From positions 1,408,001 to 1,472,000 of the forward strand of contig OZ250183.1 of assembly GCA_965238225.1 (NCBI GenBank): DNA of 64,000 nt, in the 5' to 3' direction. This stretch comes from Gammaproteobacteria bacterium (GTDB taxonomy: Bacteria > Pseudomonadota > Gammaproteobacteria > Eutrophobiales > Eutrophobiaceae). Under the pieces are notes generated by a model. That model was given only the letters and a program-made list of their open reading frames with translations. It was not told where the DNA came from and searched no databases. Below, piece by piece: positions 29,578 through 40,217 of the stretch (positions are counted from its first letter, which is position 1; the number at the start of each line of letters is the position of its first letter). A program made the position numbers and the translations under genes.

Positions 29578-30759
29578 TTATTGTAAGACAACAGTCCATT
29601 TTTTATCTTTATACTCAAGCTGCCTGTCGCAACCCATAGCTTCTGGCGTATCATTTTGCTGTGGTAACTCACAAATAACGATTTCACCTTGGCTGCGTAA
29701 GTTGTTGATTGCTTCCATCTGGTCAGGCTCATCACTGTATGGTGCGTAGATACCCATTCTGTTCTCAGGCGCAAACTCGCTCAAACCAAGCAATGTTTTA
29801 ATGTCTGTACTAAACCCAGTGGCTGGACGCGCGCGCCCAAAGGCGCTGCCAATATCATCATATCTCCCGCCGAAGGCAATGCCTTGGCCATTGCCTGGCA
29901 TATAGGCTGTAAAAACGATGCCTGTGTGGTAGTGATAACCGCGTAACTCGGAACAATCAAAATTAAATGTTACATCAAGCATTCTTTTACTTACCAAACC
30001 AATGATGTTTTGCAATTCGTCCAGATACTCCTTTGCCTCTGGATTAATACCTTCAAAACACACTCTGGCTTCTTTGAATTCATTGATTGAACCATGCAGA
30101 GTAATTAATGCCTTAAACATCTGCCCTGTTTCGCTGGATAAAGACCCTGAAAAAATCATATCATCTAATTCTGACATTGCCTTACGTTGGAACACATCAA
30201 ATAATTCCGCCTCTAAATCATTATCCAAATTTGCTAATTTAAGTAAATTGTTATAAACACCAACATGCCCAAGATCAACATGAATATTTTTTATGCCTGC
30301 TTTCTTTAGTGTTTCAATCATAAGACACAAGACTTCTGCATCACTTTCAAATCCTTTATGTCCGTATAATTCAGCGCCTATTTGTAATGGGCTGCGATTA
30401 CCGCCTGTATTTTCAGGGCGTGTATGCAAAACTGTTCCGAAATAACATAATCTTGTCGGTACTTGTCGTTTTAAGATATGCGCATCAATCCTTGCAATCT
30501 GTGGTGTTGTATCTGCACGTACGCCCATTAAGCGACCGCTTATCTGATCAGTTAATTTAAATATTTGCAAATCTAAATCTTCTCCCGTTCCCGTCAGCAA
30601 GGAGTCCATATACTCAATCATCGGTGGAATGACCAGCTGATAACCACAGCTCGTATATAGATCAATAATTTCACGACACAGCCTATCCATTTGCTCAGAA
30701 CAAGGCGGCAGAATCTCCTCTATTCCTTCAGGTAATATCCAACTATTCTTAGTTCTCAT
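29578..30759 (-). CDS. hisZ: ATP phosphoribosyltransferase regulatory subunit
   Basis: LPEGIEEILP, RADTTPQIARID and GGRYD...RPATGFS motifs; located between hflC and purA. Confidence 0.93.
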   Translation of the reverse strand: MRTKNSWILPEGIEEILPPCSEQMDRLCREIIDLYTSCGYQLVIPPMIEYMDSLLTGTGEDLDLQIFKLTDQISGRLMGVRADTTPQIARIDAHILKRQVPTRLCYFGTVLHTRPENTGGNRSPLQIGAELYGHKGFESDAEVLCLMIETLKKAGIKNIHVDLGHVGVYNNLLKLANLDNDLEAELFDVFQRKAMSELDDMIFSGSLSSETGQMFKALITLHGSINEFKEARVCFEGINPEAKEYLDELQNIIGLVSKRMLDVTFNFDCSELRGYHYHTGIVFTAYMPGNGQGIAFGGRYDDIGSAFGRARPATGFSTDIKTLLGLSEFAPENRMGIYAPYSDEPDQMEAINNLRSQGEIVICELPQQNDTPEAMGCDRQLEYKDKKWTVVLQ

Positions 30760-30798
30760 TACATCGTTTTTTCAAACTGATTAATTTTTATTTGGAAA

Positions 30799-30984
30799 TT
30801 AACGAACCAGATAAAGCAACACTAAACCGGATAACATGCTTGTTAATCCCATAAATCGCATTTTTTTATCTTCCATATTTGCAAAGAGAATCAACATCTT
30901 CCGAAAACTATCAGGATTGCAAAACGGCATAAAACCTTCGATGATGAAAACCAGAGCTATTGCCGTTAAAAACTCACTCCACAT
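30799..30984 (-). CDS. DUF2065 (YjeT-like) small membrane protein
   Basis: MWSEFLTAIALVFIIEGFMPF...RFMGL; conserved position after hflC. Confidence 0.85.
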   Translation of the reverse strand: MWSEFLTAIALVFIIEGFMPFCNPDSFRKMLILFANMEDKKMRFMGLTSMLSGLVLLYLVR

Positions 30985-31084
30985 AAAACCTTCCTGCAAT
31001 CATTTTTGTTGCTCACACAAAGCCTGTCAAAGACGCCTTGGTTCCATCTCAAGGGTCTCCTTAGGTTTGATCCGGAGTTTAGAT

Positions 31085-31948
31085 TTATCGACCTTGTGGA
31101 TGAGTAAAATATTTAAAGAAATCCGAGTCAGGAGATATTAACAGGATATCGTTTTTTCCATCAAAACTGTTCTGATATGCCGAGAAACTTCTATACATGG
31201 CATAAAATTCTTTATCTTTGCTAAAGGCAACCGCATAAGTTTCAGTGGCTTGTGCATCACCCTCACCTCGGACTATTTCAGCATCACGATAAGCGTTGGC
31301 CAAGATTATTTCTCGTTCCCTGTCAGCTGCTGCGCTAATTCTTTCCGCCGCTTCTTCGCCTCGCGCACGGAAGTCTTTAGCAACCCGCAAACGCTCCGCA
31401 CGCATTCTCTCATAAACAGAATCGCTAACTTCTTCTGGCAAATCAATTCTCTTGGTTCTGATATCAATTACAGTTATCCCCAGTTCCTGCGGTAATTGAG
31501 ATATTGTTGATGCAACTGCATCAAATATTTCACCGCGTTCACCAGCCACCACTTCTTGCACAGTTTTCTTTCCGAACTCGTCACGCAGTGCTCGAGTAAT
31601 TCTCTGTTCAAGCAATTCATTTGCGTATGGGACATCGCCGCCAAGAGATATTGTATAAAATTTACTAACGTCAGAAATACGCCATTTAACGTAATAGTCA
31701 ACAATTACATCTTTTTTCTCTTTCGTTAGAAAACGCTGTGGTGCCTGGTCGAGATTTAACAGTCTCGCTTCAAAGGTCTGTGATGTATTTACACCGGGCA
31801 TCTTAAGATGCAGACCTGATTTGTAATCTGCTCTCTCTATTTCACGGAATTTAAAAACAATTGCCTGTTCCCATTGTTCAACTTTAAACAAAGACACCGA
31901 AGCAAGCAACGTCAACACAACAATCGAAATAATAATCTTTGGTATCAT
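31085..31948 (-). CDS. hflC: FtsH protease modulator HflC
   Basis: SPFH domain; RFLTKEKKDVIVD and RMRAER motifs; downstream of hflK. Confidence 0.95.
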   Translation of the reverse strand: MIPKIIISIVVLTLLASVSLFKVEQWEQAIVFKFREIERADYKSGLHLKMPGVNTSQTFEARLLNLDQAPQRFLTKEKKDVIVDYYVKWRISDVSKFYTISLGGDVPYANELLEQRITRALRDEFGKKTVQEVVAGERGEIFDAVASTISQLPQELGITVIDIRTKRIDLPEEVSDSVYERMRAERLRVAKDFRARGEEAAERISAAADREREIILANAYRDAEIVRGEGDAQATETYAVAFSKDKEFYAMYRSFSAYQNSFDGKNDILLISPDSDFFKYFTHPQGR

Positions 31949-31950
31949 AA

Positions 31951-33114
31951 TTAACGTACCTCTCTATTTCTATTTCTACTTCTAATCTGTTTAGAGGCGG
32001 AGTTTTGAATTCTTGATTGAGAATCTGATTTAAATTCTCCAGGAACTGATAATACATTCTGAGAGGTATTACCACGCTGCTCTAATAATTTATCAATTGG
32101 CAAATATATTAAACTATTCCCATTATCAGAATCTATAAATACTTTATTAGAATTCGATAACACTGACTCAATCGTATCAAGATAAAGACGCTGGCGTGTC
32201 ACTTCAGGTGCGCGCTGATATTCAGTCAGCAATTGCTCAAAGCGACTGGCTTCACCTTCAGCTTTGGCAATAACTTTTGCCTTATAGCTGTTTGCTTCTT
32301 CGCGTAAACGCGCAGCGGCACCTCTGGCTTTTGGAATAATATCGTTTTTATAGGCTTCTGCCTGATTGACTGATTTCTGCTCATCCTCTCTTGCCTTGAT
32401 TGCATCATCAAAAGCAGCCTTGACTTGCTCAGGTGGTTTTGCTGATTGCATTTCTACTTTAGCAATCACAATTCCAGATTTGTAAATATCCATGATTTCC
32501 TGAATTAATATTTCTTGCCTTTGCGCAATTTGACTTCGACCTTCTGTTAGAACAAAGTCAAGTTTGTTTTTACCAATCACTTCACGTACAGCGCTTTCTG
32601 TGACCTGCCTTAGTGTTGCAGAAGGGGCGGAAAGGTTAAACAGGAAATCGGCCGGGTTGTTGATTTTCCACTGCACTGCAACTTCAACATCTACAATATT
32701 TTCATCTTGCGTTAGCATGCTTGCTCTATGTTTAAAAGGACGCAGTTGTCCCACATTAACTTTAATCACTTTTTCTATTGGACGCGGAAACCTCAGACTA
32801 AGTCCAGGTTGTAAATCTGCCACGTGTTTACCAAAACGCAAAACAACGCCACGCTCCTGTTCGTCTATTGCATAAAAAGAATCAAAGATCAGCCACCCAA
32901 CAAGTGCTGTCAAAATAAAAGCTGCGGGTATTATTGAGCCGCCACCATTTCCAGCACCGCTTGTGGGTTTTTTTCCAAAAAATCCGCTGAGACCTTGCTG
33001 CATCTTGCGTATCACTTCATCCAAGTCCGGCGGATCATCGCCATTATTCTTATTGCCCCCGTTACCCCAAGGATTTCTACCCTTATCACCGCCAGGTGGT
33101 TCATTCCAGCCCAT
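31951..33114 (-). CDS. hflK: FtsH protease modulator HflK
   Basis: MGWNEP...PWG...PPDLDE N-terminus; SPFH domain; MLTQDENIV. Confidence 0.96.
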   Translation of the reverse strand: MGWNEPPGGDKGRNPWGNGGNKNNGDDPPDLDEVIRKMQQGLSGFFGKKPTSGAGNGGGSIIPAAFILTALVGWLIFDSFYAIDEQERGVVLRFGKHVADLQPGLSLRFPRPIEKVIKVNVGQLRPFKHRASMLTQDENIVDVEVAVQWKINNPADFLFNLSAPSATLRQVTESAVREVIGKNKLDFVLTEGRSQIAQRQEILIQEIMDIYKSGIVIAKVEMQSAKPPEQVKAAFDDAIKAREDEQKSVNQAEAYKNDIIPKARGAAARLREEANSYKAKVIAKAEGEASRFEQLLTEYQRAPEVTRQRLYLDTIESVLSNSNKVFIDSDNGNSLIYLPIDKLLEQRGNTSQNVLSVPGEFKSDSQSRIQNSASKQIRSRNRNREVR

Positions 33115-33199
33115 TATTGTGTCTTCTCCAATTTTTAAAGCATTACGCCAAAAGTATATTCAGTTCTATTTATGTGGTTTCTCAAGCCTCGCTATTGTC

Positions 33200-34510
33200 T
33201 CACTGTAGCAAGACATCTTCCAGACCTAATTTTGGGGTTAGTTTCTGCATAGATTCGTAACTCAATTCCAGACCGGATTCCCGAAAAAGCTGGTCTAATC
33301 TATGCGATTCCATATCTACTTCCATCATCCAACCACCTCTCTCGTCATGCTTTTCATTACGTACAACACCTATATTAAACAGGTGGGCACGTAATTTACC
33401 TGCAGAAGCGGGTAAATTTAGTCGGTGATGCTGAACTTTAGAGCGAATAAACGTGGTGATTGCGCCTAATAAACCTGCAATCCCCTCGCCAGTTTTAGCA
33501 GATAAAAATACCCTCCGAGGAAAGCCATGCTCATCCATTTTAACTTTTGCGCTAAAGCCCTCATGCTGATCAATTTTGTTATAAACCTCAATTTGTGGCA
33601 CGTTTTCCGCGCCGATTTCATCGATAACAAGATTGACCTGCTGCATCTGAATATCACGTCTTTCACCAGCAACATCAACAATATGTAAAAGTAAGTCAGC
33701 TTCTCGTGTTTCCTCCAGCGTTGCATGAAATGCAGCCACCAAATCGTGGGGGATATGCCTGATAAATCCTACGGTATCGGTCAAAATTACCGGGGTTGCA
33801 GGTGCTAATTCAATACGACGGAAGGTTGGATCAAGTGTCGCAAATAATTTATTGGCAGTATAAACATTCGAACCTGTCAGCCTGTTAAACAAAGTTGATT
33901 TGCCGGCGTTGGTATAACCTACTAAGGAAATGACTGGTATGTGCGATTTGCTTCGTCTTTTTCTGCCTTGTCCGCGCTGATGTCTAACTTTTTCCAGTCT
34001 CAGGTTGATTGTTTTAATGCGCTTACCTATCAGACGGCGATCCGTCTCTAACTGGGTTTCGCCTGGCCCTCTTAAGCCAATTCCACCTTTTTGCCGCTCC
34101 AAATGCACCCAGCCTCTAATCAAACGGGAAGACAGATACTGTAACTGAGCCAACTCGACTTGTAATTTTCCTTCAAAACTTCTGGCGCGTTGCGCAAATA
34201 TATCAAGAATCAACCCTACGCGATCAACCACCCTGCATTGACATATCTTTTCTACGTTACGTTCCTGTCGTGGACTCAAAATATGATTAAAAATGATAAT
34301 ATCAGCCTGTTTTTCAGTCACTGCCTGCTTTATTTCTTCAGCTTTACCACTGCCAATAAAAAAACCAGCATCCGGCGCACTCCTAGAACAGGAGATGATT
34401 GTAAGCGCTTCGAGTCCGGCAGATGTTACCAGTTCGACAAACTCTTCAATATCTTCGTTAAATTCAGTATTTTGAAAATCAATATTGACGAGAATAGCGA
34501 ACCCGCTGAT
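33200..34510 (-). CDS. hflX: Ribosome-splitting GTPase HflX (start codon uncertain)
   Basis: GPGETQLETDRR, GYTNAGKS, DTVG and NKID motifs; the HflX-like N-terminal domain (AILVNIDF...EEFVELVTSAG...FIGSGKAEE) continues in frame upstream of the GTG at 34321 to an ATC at 34510. Confidence 0.92.
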   Translation of the reverse strand: MSGFAILVNIDFQNTEFNEDIEEFVELVTSAGLEALTIISCSRSAPDAGFFIGSGKAEEIKQAVTEKQADIIIFNHILSPRQERNVEKICQCRVVDRVGLILDIFAQRARSFEGKLQVELAQLQYLSSRLIRGWVHLERQKGGIGLRGPGETQLETDRRLIGKRIKTINLRLEKVRHQRGQGRKRRSKSHIPVISLVGYTNAGKSTLFNRLTGSNVYTANKLFATLDPTFRRIELAPATPVILTDTVGFIRHIPHDLVAAFHATLEETREADLLLHIVDVAGERRDIQMQQVNLVIDEIGAENVPQIEVYNKIDQHEGFSAKVKMDEHGFPRRVFLSAKTGEGIAGLLGAITTFIRSKVQHHRLNLPASAGKLRAHLFNIGVVRNEKHDERGGWMMEVDMESHRLDQLFRESGLELSYESMQKLTPKLGLEDVLLQ

Positions 34511-34551
34511 AGCTGCCCCTTAAGTTAAGCAAACATCTAAAATTGTGAATT

Positions 34552-34797
34552 TTAAGTCTTGCCCTGACCATCGTGATGATCGTCCGGAAGCTTGATATTA
34601 CGTGTCGGGACAATGGTTGATATTGCATGTTTGTACACCAATTGACTGACAGAACTCTTCAAAAGCACAACAAATTGATCGAATGATTCTACTTGACCTG
34701 TGAGCTTTATCCCATTAATGAGAAATACTGATACAGGCACTCGCTCTTTGCGTAAAACATTAAGAAACGGGTCTTGCAAAATATGCCCCTTATTCAT
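34552..34797 (-). CDS. hfq: RNA chaperone Hfq
   Basis: [26 protein letters not shown]...YKHAIST. Confidence 0.98.
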   Translation of the reverse strand: MNKGHILQDPFLNVLRKERVPVSVFLINGIKLTGQVESFDQFVVLLKSSVSQLVYKHAISTIVPTRNIKLPDDHHDGQGKT

Positions 34798-35000
34798 AAC
34801 ACTTCTCCTTAAGTTTTTAAAATTATTATTTTTATAAACCTGAGACAGGTTCTTTAATTATTGTACTTTTCTTTAAAACCTAAAATGATTTATCTCGAAT
34901 CATTCATGGAGTTCTTGTTTATTATTAGTGACTTTAAATTATTATCGACGGATTGGATTATATTCTTATTACTTGCGTCATGCTAGATGAATATATCAAC

Positions 35001-35933
35001 TTAATAAACATTTTTTTCCTTCAGTATCCTCTGTATTTTGTCAACCAGCCCGAATTCGGCACAGTTGAACCAAACACCATTTTTCTCTTTCCTGAACCAG
35101 GTCATCTGCCTCTTTGCCAGTTGTCGCGTTGCAGTAATCCCTTGTTCGACCATCTCTTCGTAATTTATTTTTCCATCCAGATAATTCCAAACCTGACGAT
35201 AACCAACCATACGCATGGCAGGTAGATATCTAGAAAATTGTTCATCTGAATGAAAAGACCTGACTTCTTCTACGAGTCCTTCATTTAGCATGTTCATAAA
35301 ACGATGTTTAATTCTTTCATGAAGTATTGAGCGATCTTCAGGATATAGAATAATTTTAATGGATGAAAAAAGAAATGGATTTGTCGTCTCATTTTTGTGG
35401 TGATCTGTCATATTGCGACCACTAATTTCATAAATTTCCAGAGCGCGTTGTACGCGTTGCGGATCATTTGGGTGAATTCTATCTGCCGATACAGGGTCAA
35501 TCTCAGCAAGTCTGCTATGCATCGCTTGCCAGCCAATGGCTTTTGCTTCTCGCTCAAGTTTCTGTCTGACTTCTTTATCAGCATCCGGAAAATTAAATAT
35601 CCCTGACTCCAACACACGAAAATACAGCCCTGTACCACCCACCAAAAACGGGATCTTATTTTGAGAATGTATTTCGTCGATAGCTTGCAAAGCATCACTA
35701 CGAAACCTTGCTGCCGAGTAAGTCTCGTCTGGCTCACAGATATCTACCAAACGATGAGGGACATTACTTAAGAATTCCTTTGATGGCTTGGCCGTGCCAA
35801 TATCCATGCCTCGATAAACCAAAGCAGAATCTACACTGATAATGCCTATGGGGAAACGCTTAAATAGTGCTGCTGCAATTTCTGTTTTGCCCGTTGCAGT
35901 CGACCCCATTAAAAATACGACAGGCAATGTCAT
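35001..35933 (-). CDS. miaA: tRNA dimethylallyltransferase
   Basis: GSTATGKT, SVDSALVYRGMDIGTAKP and TRQLAKRQMTW motifs. Confidence 0.97.
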   Translation of the reverse strand: MTLPVVFLMGSTATGKTEIAAALFKRFPIGIISVDSALVYRGMDIGTAKPSKEFLSNVPHRLVDICEPDETYSAARFRSDALQAIDEIHSQNKIPFLVGGTGLYFRVLESGIFNFPDADKEVRQKLEREAKAIGWQAMHSRLAEIDPVSADRIHPNDPQRVQRALEIYEISGRNMTDHHKNETTNPFLFSSIKIILYPEDRSILHERIKHRFMNMLNEGLVEEVRSFHSDEQFSRYLPAMRMVGYRQVWNYLDGKINYEEMVEQGITATRQLAKRQMTWFRKEKNGVWFNCAEFGLVDKIQRILKEKNVY

Positions 35934-36107
35934 TTCAAGTTTTCCATTTTTGATAGATTATAAATCTACTGAAATTAGTTTCAAATAAAGACAGAGTTTT
36001 TTTGCTGTATCCCGTTACTGTATCTATGCGTGATAAGTTCGAGGGATATTCCTGCGACGGAGGTATTTCGTATAAGTAATTTTACTAAATTACCTAAATT
36101 ACCAAAA

Positions 36108-37406
36108 TTATATTGCCGGGATATTAAGAACTTGACCGACTAGAATCTTATCACTTTGCAACTGATTTGAATCACGCAGTATATTCATTCTGACTTTATA
36201 CCGCGCCGCAATACTCGAAAGTGTATCTCCATATGCGATAACATACTTGCGCATTGTTCTTACAGCAATAAATGTTCCTTTCGGCGCGCGGTATCTGAAA
36301 TAATCCTTCAAACCACTTAACAGTGTCTTTGCAAGTTTGTTTTGATATGCAACATTCTGTAATTTTTTCTCTTCTTGAGGATTAGAGATATAGGCCATCT
36401 CAACCAATATTGAAGGAATATCCGGTGACTTTAGAATTACAAACCCTGCTGACTGTACATATTTTTTATGGGTTTTACTTAATTTTTTCAGATGAGATAG
36501 AACCTTTTCAGCAACGCCGATACTGGCTTCAAGACTGGCAGTTTGGGAAAGATCTAGTAATACCGATACTAATACATCATCTTTGTCTTCAAGACTGACG
36601 CCGCCAATAAGATCAGCAGCGTTTTCTCTTTCGGCTAACCATTTCGCTGTTTCACTACTTGCTCCTTTGTGAGAAAGGATATAAACGGAGGAACCCCTAA
36701 CTTTAGTATCTTTAAAGGCATCGGCATGAATAGAAATAAGTAAGTCTGCCTTGTGCCTTCTAGCTTTCCCCATTCGATTACGCAAGCTAAGAAAATAATC
36801 GCCTTCTCGTATAAGAATGCCCTTCATACCATATTCATGATTAATCAGACTAACCAATTTTTTAGCGATCTTCAGTGTCACATCTTTTTCACGTACACCA
36901 TGTGGCCCCGTTGCACCAGGGTCGTCTCCGCCATGACCCGCATCAATAGCAATAATAATATTCTTTGATCGTTTGTTATCTGCTTGTGTCATTACAGGAG
37001 TAACTGCATCCTGCTTGTTTTCATCGTAGAGGTCTATAACCAAACGATGTCCGTATTGCTTATTGGGTTGCAGTAGGAAGCTACGCATTTCAATATTTCT
37101 CTTTAAATCGAAGACAATACGTAAGTTCGATTTGCCTCTTGCAGCACTACGAACATTTTTGAGATATCTATCAGTGTTAACAGGCTGATTGATTTTTCGG
37201 GTCATTTTTGCGTTTTCAATGTCGACGACCAAACGGTAAGGATTGGATAGCAACCCTAGTTTGTGCTTGACCGCTGGGTGAGAAACATCAAACACCACGC
37301 GCGTGTTGTCAGGCGCTGCCCAAATACGGACATTCTGCATTGTCACCTGAGCTGCAAACACAGGCACTTGCAACGTGAAACACAAAATTAAACACAATTT
37401 ACGCAT
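36108..37406 (-). CDS. amiB: N-acetylmuramoyl-L-alanine amidase (AMIN + Amidase_3 + LysM)
   Basis: IDAGHGGDDPGA, SIHADA and ILVEMAYISN motifs; C-terminal LysM; follows tsaE. Confidence 0.9.
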   Translation of the reverse strand: MRKLCLILCFTLQVPVFAAQVTMQNVRIWAAPDNTRVVFDVSHPAVKHKLGLLSNPYRLVVDIENAKMTRKINQPVNTDRYLKNVRSAARGKSNLRIVFDLKRNIEMRSFLLQPNKQYGHRLVIDLYDENKQDAVTPVMTQADNKRSKNIIIAIDAGHGGDDPGATGPHGVREKDVTLKIAKKLVSLINHEYGMKGILIREGDYFLSLRNRMGKARRHKADLLISIHADAFKDTKVRGSSVYILSHKGASSETAKWLAERENAADLIGGVSLEDKDDVLVSVLLDLSQTASLEASIGVAEKVLSHLKKLSKTHKKYVQSAGFVILKSPDIPSILVEMAYISNPQEEKKLQNVAYQNKLAKTLLSGLKDYFRYRAPKGTFIAVRTMRKYVIAYGDTLSSIAARYKVRMNILRDSNQLQSDKILVGQVLNIPAI

Positions 37407-37547
37407 GGTCTTGAGACTGTAAGTTTCCTTAAATATTGTTCTTAATTGTTTGATTGTTACTTGAATAATCTCAAGTTTTATCTAGAAAACAAATATATAT
37501 ATCTGTTTTATAAGCAATAAAAAATAAAAAATCAAGTTTTAAGGATG

Positions 37548-37997
37548 TTAAAAAGAATGGATAATCTCTTTCCCTAGGGAAGTTTTAGCCTCTAGGTGAA
37601 CCTTTCTCCGTTTATCGTCATATTGAATGTGAATGTGAATATCTGGCAAGCCCAGCAATACTGCACCTTTTTCTGGCCATTCAACAAGACATATCCCCTC
37701 CCCAGAGAAGTAATCACGTATGCCGAGAGACTCAAGTTCTTGCGGATTATTGAGTCGGTAAAGGTCGAAGTGAAATACTTCAAGGTCAACAAGTTTGTAG
37801 GACTCTACAAGTGTATAGGTGGGGCTTCTGACAATCCCTTGGTAACCAAGTCCATACAGAAATCCTCTGCTTAAAGTGGTCTTACCGGAACCCAAATCAC
37901 CTTGCAAAAATAACTTACTGCTAGGCGGACAAGCGCTTGCCAAGCTTCGACCCAGTGCCTCCATAGCCGAGGCATCACCAATATTAAACTTACGCAT
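37548..37997 (-). CDS. tsaE: tRNA threonylcarbamoyladenosine biosynthesis ATPase TsaE
   Basis: GDLGSGKTT, SPTYTLVESY, HFDLYRL and EWP motifs. Confidence 0.96.
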   Translation of the reverse strand: MRKFNIGDASAMEALGRSLASACPPSSKLFLQGDLGSGKTTLSRGFLYGLGYQGIVRSPTYTLVESYKLVDLEVFHFDLYRLNNPQELESLGIRDYFSGEGICLVEWPEKGAVLLGLPDIHIHIQYDDKRRKVHLEAKTSLGKEIIHSF

Positions 37998-39504
37998 TAA
38001 CTAATTTTCTTATCCACGGCATTAAATCACTTGCCAACACCCCGCGTTCTGTAACAGCGCAGGCATTATCTCCAGCGCTTGCATGGAGACAAACGCCCAA
38101 TCGCACTGCATCTGCTATATCAATACCCAATGAGATTCTCTGAGCGATTAATCCAGCTATAACACCTGTTAGAACATCCCCCATGCCCCCACTTGCCATA
38201 CCAGGATTTCCGGCAGAACAAATTGATACCTTTGTCTCGCCGTCTTTCCTGCCATCAACAATCACCGTACCACTGCCTTTCAATACAGTAATGCCGCCAA
38301 ATCTCTTCTGGATCTCCTTAGCGGCAGCAATCCTGTCCGATTGAATCGTACAGGTATCACAACTTAATAAACGCGCTGCCTCGCCAGGATGGGGAGTGAG
38401 CACCCAATGATCAGAGGTAATAGGGTCTTGTGCAAGTAAATTTAAGGCATCCGCATCAACAACCACAGGCAGTCTGCGCTCTATTGTTTTAGAAAATAAT
38501 GACATGCCCCAATTTGATTGGGAAAGCCCTGGTCCAATAGCCGCGACATTTGCCTTTTCCAAAAGAGGGATTAATTCATTTGAATTTTCGACTGCATGCG
38601 CCATGATTTCCGGAACAGCCATGACGATATATCCTGCATGATTCGCACGCGTAGCGAGGCTGACTAATCCTGTGCCAGTTCTCGCAGCAGCTTCAGCACA
38701 CAATCGCACAGCGCCTGCGTAACCATAGTCCCCGCCAATCACAAGGACATGACCAAAATCTCCTTTGTGTGAAGATTTTGATCTTGGCAACAAACAAGAT
38801 TGCAGATCATCTAATGTAATTTGTTCTGTCATTGAGTTAATTTTTCTTCCTGCCTCGTCTGTTATATCTAAATTACTGAAATATACATCCCCAGCATATT
38901 CCGCGCCTTGACCGGTGAAAAGACCCTGTTTCAAACCAATAAATGAAATTGTAGTATCCGCCTTTATTGCTGAACCCATGACTGTGCCCGTATCTGCATT
39001 GAGCCCAGACGGAATATCAAGAGACAGCACTGGTGCATTACAGCGATTAACAGTGTTGATAATTTCCTGCCATTTTCCAGATACTTCTCTGTCTAAGCCA
39101 GTACCTAAAAGCGCATCGACAATAACATCAAATTCATTTAGGTCTTCTTTATTAACTGTCGTGGACTCTAAACAATTGGCAGCATATTTTGTGGCAGCAA
39201 GTCTGGCATCTCCCTCTAGTTTTGCATGGTCGCCTACTTGCTGAAGTTTAACGCAAAGACCGTCGGCCTTTGCAAGCCTCGCCAAAACATAGCCATCACC
39301 ACCATTATTGCCCACGCCACAAAATACGAGGATATTTTTTGCTTCAGGCCACTTTGAGCGCATCAATTTATAGGCAGCATTCCCCGCGCTTTCCATTAAG
39401 GTAATGCCGGAAATGGAAAATTCCTCAATGGCGATGCGATCCAATTCTCGGACTTGTGCTGCGAGATATAACTTCTTCGGCAATGACGGTTCAGGTAATG
39501 GCAT
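37990..39504 (-). CDS. nnr: Bifunctional NAD(P)HX epimerase/dehydratase
   Basis: GNNGGDG, DALLGTG, DIPSG, HKGDFG, TPHPGEA and GGMGDVL motifs. Confidence 0.95.
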   Translation of the reverse strand: MPLPEPSLPKKLYLAAQVRELDRIAIEEFSISGITLMESAGNAAYKLMRSKWPEAKNILVFCGVGNNGGDGYVLARLAKADGLCVKLQQVGDHAKLEGDARLAATKYAANCLESTTVNKEDLNEFDVIVDALLGTGLDREVSGKWQEIINTVNRCNAPVLSLDIPSGLNADTGTVMGSAIKADTTISFIGLKQGLFTGQGAEYAGDVYFSNLDITDEAGRKINSMTEQITLDDLQSCLLPRSKSSHKGDFGHVLVIGGDYGYAGAVRLCAEAAARTGTGLVSLATRANHAGYIVMAVPEIMAHAVENSNELIPLLEKANVAAIGPGLSQSNWGMSLFSKTIERRLPVVVDADALNLLAQDPITSDHWVLTPHPGEAARLLSCDTCTIQSDRIAAAKEIQKRFGGITVLKGSGTVIVDGRKDGETKVSICSAGNPGMASGGMGDVLTGVIAGLIAQRISLGIDIADAVRLGVCLHASAGDNACAVTERGVLASDLMPWIRKLVNA

Positions 39505-39542
39505 TCAGCACTTATTCAATATAATCTTGATTGAGCGCCGAT

Positions 39543-40085
39543 TCAGCTGACGAAGAAATGCTCCCGATAAAATTTTAATTCATCAATAGAATCTCGTATG
39601 TCTTGCATGGCAAGATGTTCTGACTTTTTTTTAATCATTGGTTTGTCAGGATACCAGCGCGTCACCATTTCCTTGACTGAGCTCACATCAAGGTTCCGAT
39701 AATGAAAATACTGCTCCAGTTGTGGCATTAAACGGTGTAAAAATCGACGATCTTGGCAAATACTATTTCCACACATGGGAGAAGCCTTTTCAGGGACGAG
39801 CCTGCTCAAAAATTCCAAGGTCATAGTCTGTGCATCAACAGCAGAATAAGGGCTTTTCAGTACCCGTTCGGCAAGGCCAGATTGCTTATGTTGGCGAGTA
39901 TTCCATTCATCCATGGCAAGTAAAGTCTCTTTCGTCTGATGCACAATAACGGCAGGCCCTTCAGTGAGAATATTTAATTCAGAGTCAGTGACAATTGTTG
40001 CAACCTCGATGATATAATCATTGTCTGTATTTAAACCGGTCATCTCTAGATCGATCCAGATGAGATTACTTGGTGATGAAGTCAT
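39543..40085 (-). CDS. orn: Oligoribonuclease
   Basis: [21 protein letters not shown] and HYRNLDVSS motifs. Confidence 0.97.
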   Translation of the reverse strand: MTSSPSNLIWIDLEMTGLNTDNDYIIEVATIVTDSELNILTEGPAVIVHQTKETLLAMDEWNTRQHKQSGLAERVLKSPYSAVDAQTMTLEFLSRLVPEKASPMCGNSICQDRRFLHRLMPQLEQYFHYRNLDVSSVKEMVTRWYPDKPMIKKKSEHLAMQDIRDSIDELKFYREHFFVS

Positions 40086-40217
40086 AAAAATATCCTTAAA
40101 ATTACTTTGGCAAAGGGCATTCTACTATAATATGTGCTGCCTGAAATGGACTATGCCTTGAAACAGGAGCAGTAATTAAAGATAAATAATTAAAGAGAAC
40201 AAAAAATTGTTGAAATT

